This document shows, one piece after another, positions 37,596 through 48,500 of a DNA stretch of 64,000 nucleotides. Source of the stretch: Monocercomonoides exilis PA203 (lineage: Eukaryota > Protista > Preaxostyla). The stretch spans positions 434,001-498,000 of the forward strand of contig LSRY02000034.1 of the NCBI GenBank assembly GCA_001643675.2, given 5' to 3'. The notes below the pieces were generated by a model, which was not told the DNA's origin, did not search any database, and saw only the letters and a list, made by a program, of their open reading frames with translations. The first letter of the stretch is position 1; each line of letters starts with the position of its first letter. The position numbers were made by a program, and so were the translations under genes.

Positions 37596-39488
37596 TGGGT
37601 GGAAGAACTCAATTGTTCTCTACGGAGTGGAAGAAGATCGGTGTCACAAATGCTATATCGGAGGGAATATGCCCGGTCTGAAAGGGAAAACAGGCAAAGG
37701 ACACACTGATGAGAGAATTTCGAATGAACAAGGGCTTTTTCAGAGGACAGAAGGAGGAGTTAGCCTGTTCCGCTTGGATAAAAGAAGGTTTAGCAACAGG
37801 TGTCATAGTAAAAATAGACAGGAAGAAAGTGCGTTGCCTGAGCAACATGTTTTTCATCCCAAAAAAAGATGGAAAATACAGACAAATACTAGAATGCTGT
37901 CCGTTAAATGCCGCTGTGAAGAACATCCATTTCAAGATGGAAGACCACCGGACAGTGGAAAGATTATAAGAGCACAACGATTTCGCCACTACATTAGATT
38001 TATCCCAAGCACACTTCCTCGTCCCAGTTCACGATTCGTTTGTTCCGTTTCTCGCCTTTTCCTTTCACGAAGAAACATTCGCTTTTCGCGGCATGCCATT
38101 CGGATCCAAAGATGCTCCACGAATCTTCACGCGACTGATGAGAAAGGTATTACAAAGCATCAGAGAACAATGGGATGTAAAATGCATGGCATACTTGGAC
38201 GACGTTATCCTTATCCACTAAAACCCTATCTATCTGACAGAAGTGACGGACAAAGTGATAAAATGGTTTGCAGAGCTTGTACTTATGGTCAATGTGGAAA
38301 AGAGCAGTGAAACTCCGAGACAAGTCTTCAACTTCTTGGGTTGGACTTGGAGAACAACAAAGATGACAGTTGCACTGGAAAGGAACAGAAGGAAGGCATT
38401 AAGCAAGGAGTGCAAGCGGTGGATGACAAAGGCAAAAATTGGAGCGACTGTGAAAACAAGAGATTATGCCTCATTCATCGGTTCAATAAGTGCAGTGCGA
38501 TTTGTGTGCAAAGACGCAGGGCTTCAAATGAACAGATTATGCGCTCTGCTCAATAGAATTGTCCAAAAAATGGATAGAATGGAGAATTCGCAATGAATTA
38601 CGGAGTTTTCAAACAAATCTCATACTGGGAATCGCGCTTGAGGAAGGAAGAAAGAAGAGATTTGGAAATTTACTCAGTTCCAGATGCGGTGTTAACAACA
38701 GATGCAGCCCCTCGGGCATGTGGAGCCATCTTGGAAGTCAACGGAGCATGTTACCATTTTCATCAGCCTTTCAATCGAAGATTTATTTCGCAAAGTTCAA
38801 ATTTCAAGGAATCACTGGCAGTTCTCCTTTCTCTCAACCATTTCGAGCCCTATATCAAGAAGTACAAAATGAAGAATCTGATCCTAAGATCAGACAACTC
38901 AAGTGTTGTCTTCAACATAAACCGCTGGGCTGCAGGAAGAAACTTAATCGGCATCATAAGAAAGATCAGACGAGCAATTCTCCAGATGGGGATCAAAGTG
39001 AAAGCGATTTACCTTCCAGGCATTTTGAACAGTGCAGCAGATTCCTTATCAAGACTAGAAAGATCAGGAGACTACCAGATCACACGGAAGGGAATGGAGG
39101 AGGTTCAGAAGCAGTTAAATGTCGAAATAGAGCAGGATGCATTCGCAAGTCAAGGAAACAACAAAGCACAAATTTGGTTTGGACCAGGAAGTCCCTTAGC
39201 AGAGGACGGATTGGACGTAAGTTGGAAATACGCAGTGACTCTAGTTCATCCCGCTGTTCCGCTTATCCTTCCGTGTCTGAGGAAGATTTGGAGAGAGAGA
39301 GAGCAAGAGCAGTTGTTCTAATTCCAGCCTGGAGAGATCAAATCTGGACGCCTCTGTTGAAAAGAATGATGGCACGCTTCGTGTATTGGAAGAATTCGCA
39401 AGTTATTCTTCAACCAGGCATAGGCTTTAAGAGAACAGGAGCATCTCTCCCACCAGGAGGTTACATTGCGGGGAGACAAAATTGGTAA
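37592..39488 (+). pseudogene. DIRS pol: reverse transcriptase, RNase H, methyltransferase-like domain
   Basis: VGGR..F..W, FFIPKKDGKYRQIL, HFKME, LDLSQAH, GMPFGSKDAPRIFTR, AYLDD, FLGW. RNase H TTDAA, SNFKE, RSDN, YLPGILNSAADSLSR. MT-like DAFASQGNNK..DGLDVSW..HPAVPLILPCLRKI..VLIPAWRDQIW. Several stops and two frameshifts. Confidence 0.92.
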
Positions 39489-40672
39489 TGGAAATCGGGG
39501 AGGAATGGTGGAAGCGCGGGCTAAAAAGGTTCAATGTTCCTGATCTCATTATCTTTGAGTCTCGAAATAGTGTCGCTTCCACAACTTGGTCTTCGAACAC
39601 GTTCGGCTTTGCACATTTCTCACTGGCGTTGGAGGAAGAGGGATATGGAGACTTTCCGAAGGAATTCAGCGATTGGTCCCAGATCTATGCTAATTTTATC
39701 ATAAAGTTGAGAGATAAAGGTTTACCATATTCATGTATTTGCACAATGAGATCCGCGGTCTCGTTATTCACCAGAATCAGTTACGGAGAAAACTTGGGAC
39801 AAGTCCCACTGATAGAGACATTATTCCACTCGTTTCATCGATCTCACATTCCAAGGAAACCTTACACATCTATGTGGTCTCCTTCAATAGTATTTGATTA
39901 TTACAATCGCATGCCTCCAAATGAGGAATTATCGTTCTTCGATCTGACCGTTTAATGCATTATCCTGTTAATTATTCTCACAGCATGTCGCTTCCGTGAG
40001 ATGGAAAGAATATCCATGAACCAATCCGTTATACAAGAGGACTCCATCCATTTATTCACAAATTTGAAAACATCTCCAACACTCTCATATATAACAGTTC
40101 CAATTTTGAAAAGTGCGGACGAAAAGGTATGCCCAGGAAGAGCTATTAAATCACTTTGGGGCAGAGTTATGACAACTTATGAAAATAGAGACACATTTTT
40201 ACTCAACACGGGACAGCACACTCCGCTTAAGACAGAAGGAATTCGTAAGTTGGCCCGCCTTGGAATGACTCAGATAGGGATTCCAGGTGAATATCGATCT
40301 TACACTCTCAAGCATGCAGCTATTTCAGCACTATTGTCCAAGGGAGTACCAGAAGCAATGGTGGCGAGGCATGCGCGTATGTCCCCAAACTCACACACTC
40401 CAACTCGTTCATACTTCAAAGCAAATTTAGCTTCAAGGATGGCAGACACCTTGTTATCAACGGACGACAATAGGAAACCTCAAAGCCAGATGTGCTTGCA
40501 GGATAGAAATAATTTTGCTCAACCAGCGCAAACTGCATCTTCGAATTTTCCAAAGGCCTTTGAACGAGAGACAATATTCCCCAACAAGGTTGAAGAACCT
40601 GGAGAAGAAAACCGTGATAAAAAAGAGATTCTTTTGTGGAAAAAAATCAAGAAGGAGCAGTTGCAATTCTGA
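39482..40672 (+). pseudogene. DIRS tyrosine recombinase
   Basis: SAM-like N-terminal part (MRSAVS..PRKPYTSMWSP), TACRFREM (catalytic R), LKT, VCPGRA, YTLKHAAIS, HARMSPNSHTPTRSY (nucleophile Y). In-frame TAA at 39953-39955. Confidence 0.88.
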
Positions 40673-40726
40673 ATACAATAATTGGGGTCGGAGCTTAATT
40701 TGAAAGAAGGAAATCCCAACTATTTT

Positions 40727-40826
40727 ACTCCCAAAATAAGAAGGTGTTGAAGTTAAACGATTGTTCGTAAGAATTAAAAGGCTTTGCATTTTTATTCGCC
40801 GAGAACAATCCAGAACTTCAACACCT
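40727..40826. repeat. DIRS internal complementary region (ICR)
   Basis: 40727-40788 is the reverse complement of the element's left end and 40795-40826 is the reverse complement of its right end, joined by TTTTTA. Confidence 0.9.
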
Positions 40827-40875
40827 CTTTTCCCACCACGAGTAAAACTCTTCCCACTCTTTGGAAATGAGATAT

Positions 40876-41128
40876 GGGTAATTCTTTTTGAAAAGTCGCA
40901 AATGTTTAAAATACCGGTCTAATTAAAATATTCCTTATTTGATCATTTTCTGCAAATGAATCGTTAATCTCTAACATTTTGCAGTTATGGATATACTTAC
41001 CTATTTGAAATGAGAATATATGCTTTGTGGAGAAATTTGATGGATTAACAACAACAAATGATCAAATAATAAACTTTGTAATTCAACCAATTAATAAAAC
41101 ATTTGTGACTTTTCAATAAGAATAACCC
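40876..41128. mobile_element. MITE family A copy inserted inside the DIRS element
   Basis: ATAT|GGGTAATTCTTTTTGAAAAGTCGCAAATGTTT ... AAACATTTGTGACTTTTCAATAAGAATAACCC|ATAT. Confidence 0.88.
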
Positions 41129-41403
41129 ATATGTTAGGCACAAATTTGTCCAATTCACTCACTTTTGTAATTGTTAATAATATCTATCAACACCACCTTG
41201 TGCACTTTGTTTTTGCACACCAATTGTTAATTTTTGATAACGATTATTTTATTCTTTAATTTTTACTTGCCATTCACCGCTTGCACTTCACTTGAACGAC
41301 TGAGCCCTTTATATGGCGCTCATTCCCAAAATAAACAGGTGTTGAAGTTCTTGATTGTTCTCGGCGAAAAAATCCATATCCCATAAGCAAAATATTTGAA
41401 AAA

Positions 41404-44400
41404 ATGGCTTTTTTAGAATCAAGTTTAAGCAAAGAGAAAGCTGTAAAATTGGCTGCAGGGGTTTATAACAATTTCACTTATTAACTGTTGTTTCATTAAT
41501 ATTTATTTTCATGTGGACAATTCGCAATTTTCCTTCATTTTTACATTTCTATCAAAAATTGCTTATTTACACACTGTTTGAATTTGAATGCAACAGAACA
41601 AAAAAATGAATGAAGAGAAAAGCAAATGTTGGCAATGATTGCGCTTCTCACATTGATTTCCATTTTTTCTTTTTTCAACAGCTATTGACAGATTGGAGGA
41701 ATTGACAAACAAATTGACGTTTGCACGCTTTTCAAATTGAAATTGCTTTTATTTTTTAGCAGCGGAAAAAAATTGACTAAACACCAGAATTTACTCGAAA
41801 GTTCAAATGAAATTCAAGACATCATTGTGAAATACAAAGGGAAAATGGATGTGGTTCCTGCAAGCATTTTGCACTCGTTGATAAATGCATGCAGCAAAGT
41901 TTTCAATTTCACAAATAAGGAGGAAGAGACGAGAGTTTTTGCATCGATTTTGGAGATTATTTTAAATCCAGAATCATATTCTGACAGCTTTTGTGCTTTA
42001 AAGCAAAAAAAAGTCTCGACTAATGCCAGAGAACGATATGAATTCCATTACTGGATAAATACAAGAAGGACTGTTGGAGTTTCATATTATTCAACATCGC
42101 CTCTTCTCCACGACATTATAAATGATGGAAAGGCTATTCCTGCAATTGTCAAACAAATCCAAGCATCTGAAAACGATGAAACTTTGAGTGTTTTTGGGAA
42201 AATACTATTTCACTTTGCCAGATTGGCAGAAAAGGGAGAGTTCAAATTGATGGCTGAGCAGGGATATTTTGATGGTGTCAAAAGCCTTTTAGTTCAATGT
42301 GATTCGATTGATTGCCTGCATTTCACTCTTTGCGCAATATTGCACTGCATGACAAAGCTGAAGCATTTGACAATGAAGCTTAGCAACGATGTTTCGAGGG
42401 AACTGAGAGGTCTCGACTTTCTGCATGCTGTTCTTGAAATTGCGTTGGGTTTGCGAAAAAGAAGTCAGTTTCAAGGGAAAAGTTTAAAAGAAAGTCAAGA
42501 CTTCTTCAATTTTTACAGAACGCACAACGAGGAAGAATTTGTTTCAAAATACTTTTCAAATGACGACGGAAGTGAAATAGCTCGAAGAAAGAAGACAAGG
42601 GAAGCACAATCAAAGAAGAAGACAGCAACTCAAACAAAGAAAAACAGCAAAAAAATAACAGACTCAAAACGAAAACAGAAGAATCAAAAAATCGAGACGC
42701 CAAAAGGAGAAGAAGATTTGATAATTATTGAAGATGATAAATCGGGTGAATCATTTCTTTCCTCTTCTTCTTCGTCAACAGCCACAGAACAGCATTATGG
42801 AGACAGCAGCAATGAGAAACACGTTCGCCTCCCTCTGAATATTCGGCTTGAAGCAGCTCGAATTATTTTCTCTTTTGACTATGGTGGATATTCGACACTT
42901 GTTCCGAAGAGAATGCTGATGTTGCTGTCAGAAGGGTTGGAGCTGCCAGATGGAGCTGAAGAGGAGTATCTGTCTCAGAAAACAAAAGAATTAAAAGAAA
43001 AAGAAATTGCAGAGAGGGAAGAAAAAAAGAAGAAAGAAGAACTAGAAAAGGAAGCAGCAAAGAAGAAAAGGAAAAGAAAGTCTGAAATTTTATCAAATAA
43101 AATAAATGAAAAAATAGAAGATGGAAAAGTGAAAGCAGGAGACGAAGATCAAGACTGTTCCCATGCTGATGCAATTGCAAATATTGAAAGCTGTGATGTT
43201 TGCAAGAGGAGCATCCCTTTGACAGCATGTGACACAACAGAAAGCATGAAGCAAGTTCAGGAAACTCTTTTGTTACTGGCTAGTTTCTTAAAAATGTATT
43301 GTATGTTTTGGGGAAAAGACAAGTGAAATTTTTTTATTTTTATTTAATGCTGTTCTTTTTTATTTGTGTTCATCCAGCTCTGCTTCTGTGTGTGATTTTT
43401 ATGTTTTTTTGTTGAAAATATTCGTTTTGCCTTTTTCTTCTTATCTTCACAGTTATTCAATGTTCCTGCAGCTATAAACAAGAAATTCCAGAACATATAT
43501 TAACAACGCTATTTAATCGACTGAATCGTCTTAAGAAGTGTGGCTGATGACTTCGGAAAGAAGAGAAATAAGTTTTTGTTTTTGTGATTTATTTTTTATT
43601 TGAATTTTCATTTTTTGGATAATAACACATTTTTTTCACAATTCTTTTTTTTCTTAAAGTTTTCCATTGAATCGGTTTAACACTTTAGCTTGCAGCTGCA
43701 TTGAACAACTTTTTCAGTTGCTTCCGAATTTCATGCTTATTCGTTGTTTGTCTTCTGTTGAAGAGCAGATTGTGTCTGACCTCCACTTGATCGAGAAGGA
43801 GATGGCAGAAGCCAAGTTGAATGATTCATTGCTTGCGCAATCGTCAACAGAATTGCAGATCAATTCAGAAGACGACGAGTTGGGTTTTAATAAAAAATTA
43901 ATGTCATTTCCAAACGATCTTGGGATTACTGCTTTTGAACCTTCCCTTGAGAATTGCCAGACAGCAAGTGATTACGAAATGGCATTTGAACGTTATTTTG
44001 ATGCTCTTTCAATAAGGGTTGCTGCATCTACCCAATACATATCTAATATCAATTATAGGTTTGGCTTTGACATGTTCATGCAACGTAACAATGATGCAAT
44101 CAGTCAGCGTTCTCTGCAACTTCATTATTCATTGACAGCTTATCGCCTCAACCACAACATAAGATGTATTTTGTTTGCAATTAGTTCAAACAAGAGCTGT
44201 GCAGATGAAATTATCCTCCGTCCATTTTTCGGGTTTCTTGTATCCAAACTCTCATCCCGCTTTCCAGTGTGCGCTGCTGATTCAGTTGGCTATTCAGAGA
44301 ACAAGCATTTCTATCCGTCGTCTTTGGAGTCTGTGCCAATAATGATATGCGAAGCTGTGGCTATTGTTCTTGTGAACACTGTGAAAGAGCTGCCATATGC

Positions 44401-44986
44401 GTTTGAGACTGGCTATGTGACAAGGTTTCTGGAGTGGATGGCAGACTTGTCGCCTTGCTCTCCGCAGCTGCTCATATGTGGAATTGTTCAGATTCGCGAA
44501 GCTGCCATCATCTTCTCTCTGCCATCGCGTAAGATTCGACTTGAGTTGGTGGGACCTACCAACGAAGAAATAAGACAGATGAAAAATAAAACAACACAAG
44601 AAAAGTACATGTTCAGGAACAGTTTCTCTCGAAACTGGGATGGAATCTCCAATTTGGAGGTTGAAAAGTGCATTCCACGTTCAATAACTTCAGGAGGGGA
44701 ACTAAACGAAGGAACAGAATTCGAACTGTTGGATTTCACAGAAGATGAAGAGGAAGTGCAAAAGCAAGATGACACAGGAACGCTGCTCTATTGCAGACTC
44801 GAAGATTTGTTGGAAGAGACAGGAATACGAGATCTTGTGGAAACATTTCCTCAAGGTAGATATCTCGAGCCTTTCTGGGTGATGAAAGGAACAATTCCAA
44901 CAAAGCCAAAAGACGAATTTGAAAGAAAGTTCCACAATTTCTATTATGAAGTGTTGCAAAGAGGCCCAAATCTTCGAATGCGATGA
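41404..44986 (+). CDS. Uncharacterised multi-exon helical (possibly ARM-like) protein, possibly disrupted
   Basis: Long ORFs 41737-43326 and 43667-44986 separated by intron-like T-rich segments. Candidate first exon ATG 41404. The small exon near 43453-43570 does not splice cleanly in frame. Confidence 0.6.
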
Positions 44987-45526
44987 TCATGATCATTCAA
45001 AGGATTTCATGATTGTTTTGCAAAATATTTTATTTTGTTGAAGAAATGTTTTATCGAATGAACAGCACGTTTTCATGAAGCATTTTTGTTTTCAATGAAA
45101 AATTTAATTTAAGTTTATTTTATTTTCATCATCAAAGCGTTAATTGAGAGTTCTTTTTATTTTTTTCTTTTTGAAAGTTTATTTGATATGTTTTTGACTT
45201 TTGTTTGTCTTCATTTTATGATTTTTTGCGTTACTCATGTCCTTACAAGTTGATTATTTTAAACATTTGTGCTTCTTGCTTTGTTTTATGATATACATTC
45301 TGTTTTACAAATTTATCAATGTAAATGAAAACTCTTCTTTCAATTGCTATTTGATTTCATAACTTCACATCAAAAGAAATTATTATTTTTTTAAAGAACA
45401 AATTTCATTTTCTATTTTTCAATATTGTTAATTTGAAATGAAAGTAAAAATAAAATAGAATAAAATAAAATAAAAAATTAAATAACAAAAAACCAACAAA
45501 AAACTGAGAATTCACTGCAATCGATC

Positions 45527-48500
45527 TCACATTGCATTCAACTCCTCGTCGATCCACCCTGAAATGAAGCTCTGGATCATATTCTCAATGACATCTTCGC
45601 AAACAGTCCTGAAGTTGTATCCATTTGGCTGCGACAGAAGTGTCCTGGTTGCTCCTCCTCTCTCCTGCACTTTCGCCCTTTCGACTTCTCCTTCTCTTTC
45701 TGCTCTGCTCGCAAACACCTGCGGAGACTCTGGCAGCGCCGGCGGCTTTGCAAAGGCAAACTCGCTCACTTTCATCGGCTTCAGCGGCAGCGCATGCGAA
45801 GAAGACAGCGCAGCAAACTGGCAGGGCTTCTTGAAGGAGAGGCATTCGTGTGCCTGCTGAAGGAAGGGATATGTTCCTGTCAGCTCTTTCATCATCTCCT
45901 CCAGAAGCTCCTCTGACGCTGCCCGGAACAGACTCAGTTGCTCTGCGGGGCCTTCTTTCAGACGGGTCAGGAAAGGAAGCTGAGACAGTTGTGATGTGCG
46001 TGTGTTGTTTGAAGTGATGGCTGTGGAAGAAGAAGAAGAATTTGAAGAAGAAGAAGATGATGATGAAGCAGAAACAGTTGAAATAGCTCCATTTCTGTTT
46101 GCACTGAGCGGAGGCTGAAACAGAAATATACGCAAAAGAGAAGAAGCCCCGTGCAGCTCAGAAAAACGGATAGCTGAGCTGCTTTTGAATGACACTCTCA
46201 AAAATATCTTCTGATCTGGTTCTCTGAAACTGTCATCCCATTCTCTGTCTTCCTCTCCCTCACCCAGCATCCCCCTCATCCCTCCATCCAAATCATCTCC
46301 ATCCAAATCCTGCAGCCCATCCAACCCACCAAACTTCTCCTTCTTCGAAGACATCCGCCCTTCATGTCCTCTTCCTCCTTCATTTGGCTCTTGCATCCCC
46401 AAAGGTGGCAAACGAACTGCGCTTCCTTGCTTGTTCATTGCTCCAGTTGGAATAAGCCCTTGAATTCCCTGAATTCCCTGTGATTGCATAGACCCCTGTT
46501 GTACTATTCCCTGCTGAGAATACAATGGAACAGAAACTGAACCAGAACCAGAAGAAGAGCCAGAAGACGGATTCAACAAGGGAGGAAGAGACACATTCAC
46601 TCCGCTCACTTCATCTGCATCAGTCATCCTCCTTCCTCCAGCACTGCTGCTTCGCGACTCTCTCAGCGGACCCAAGTTCCCTTTGTTCTTTCTTGTTGTT
46701 CCTTTCATAGCAGACGTAGTTGGGGTGAGGTTGTACATCCCAAACGCCTCTCTTTCTCTCTCATATTGTTCTTCTCTTTCCTTCTCCTTCTGCAAAATCC
46801 TGATCTTCTGCTCCTCTTTTGCCTGCGCTGCTATTTCCAGTGCCTGCTTCGTGGTTTCATTGAGTGGAATGCCACTGGCCAATGTTCGTGACTGCAGTGT
46901 TGACGCAGCAGCTGCCGAAAGTGGATCAACAGGCTGCCTCGCCAGCGCCAACAGAAACTGGTTCTCTTCGTTTCTCGCTTTTTCCAGGACAGGGCGGAAC
47001 TGCTCAAGCCGAGTGGCTATTTGAATGCCTCGGGATTTCGTCATGCGCTCAATGACACTCACTCTCGGTGGCTGCTTGCGAATGCTTGGTTGATGCGGGG
47101 CAATTGCCAGTGAGGAGGAAGAAGAAGATTGAGAAGGCACAGGATAAGAAGAAGAAGGAAGCCCTTTGATTTTTCCCAGTTGAGAATGCTGCGTGGAGAG
47201 TGAGGCGACGGTGGAGTGATCATCAATGCTGCCTGAGTTAAAGTTGGATGCAACAACAGAAGATGAAGAAGAAGTACCATTCACAGAAGATGAACGACGG
47301 GCTGAAGGGAAACGATGATAAGAAAAGATTTGATTAACTTCTGAACTTGCACCAACACCATTAATGGAAGAAGAAGACGATGAAGAATTCTGATTCGCAA
47401 TTGAAGAATTCGAGATGGAGGAAGTGAAGATTGCTTTTCTAATGTTGCACTGAAGTGAAGTATCAACAACCTGAGCAGCTATCGGTGCATGCAGCTCCAC
47501 AACACACACGCATCTCTCTCCTTCTGCAATCTCTCCTCTGATCGGCCGAATCGTCACAACCTGCGACTTGATCAGCGGATGGCTCTCTTCCCAGTCAAAC
47601 AGGATGCCTCTCTTCTCTCCTTTCTCATACGCTCTCTTTTGCAGTGCAGGGTGCCTCCTCACACGCGGACACACCAGACACACCAGCCTCCGCTCGATGC
47701 TCCCACCCGCCACGCTCCCAAAGCCAACTCGCTCATGTGACAACAAGCACAGTTGGCCAGGCAGCGGAGAAAGAGGAGCTGGAATTGTTGTCTTTTTCTC
47801 ATCCACAAGTGGCTCTGCTCCTTCCTTCGCGATGAAACCGTCTCCCGCCAGCAGCGCTTGCAGAACTGTTTCCATGTGAGTTATTCCTTCTGTTCCATCA
47901 CTTCCTCCTCCGGCTGCTCCTTGTGCTCCTCCTTGTGCTCCACCAACACCCATCCCTATTCCATTGTTGGATGATGGTGAATGATTCGTTCCATTCACAT
48001 TCCCATCTCCTCCCCCTGCTCCTCCTCCAACATTTGCATTCATCACACTCATCGAACTGTACCTGCTTCCCAGCTTGATCGGAATCCTAACCAAATATCC
48101 CCTCTGCATCAGTGGACGGAAGCGCCAGTATATCGTCTGCTTTCCATACGCTGGCACAATCCCCCTCGTGACAGGGCACTCAAACAGAGGGAAATCAGAC
48201 GCGGAAGCATTCAGCCGCTCCACATCAGTCAGGTCGAGTCTGTAGTCGATGCTCGTCCCACCTTCGTTCCGCAGCACGATCGACTGCATTGGTGCATCCA
48301 CCTCGCCGATGGGCACCTGCTCCAGAAAGTGCATCGCCGTCGTCTCTGCGCCTCGTCCACTCTCAAACACAACATGCGCATCAGTTGGACTCAGCGTCTG
48401 GCACGCGATCTCCAAAACGACTTGCTTCCCGCCACCCAGCAGCTGCCAGATGAACGATGCCTGGTGCATTCCCTCGCTGTGGTGGTTGCACGAAAATCTC

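Larger units (their letters stand above)
36737..41372 (+). mobile_element. DIRS1-type tyrosine recombinase retrotransposon, full length but mutated
   Basis: Left ITR ~36737-36829, right ITR ~41295-41372 (inverted; shared TGAGCGCCATATAAAGGGCTCAGTCGTT core), ICR 40727-40826, and gag, RT-RNaseH-MT and YR ORFs in canonical order. Confidence 0.93.

Noticed and set aside
2737-39955. TAA read as Gln (ciliate-type code, as in some oxymonads) to explain in-frame TAA in the transposons
   Set aside because: Host genes end in TAG, TGA and TAA and use CAA/CAG for poly-Q. The same elements also carry frameshifts and TGA stops, so ordinary AT-biased decay suffices.
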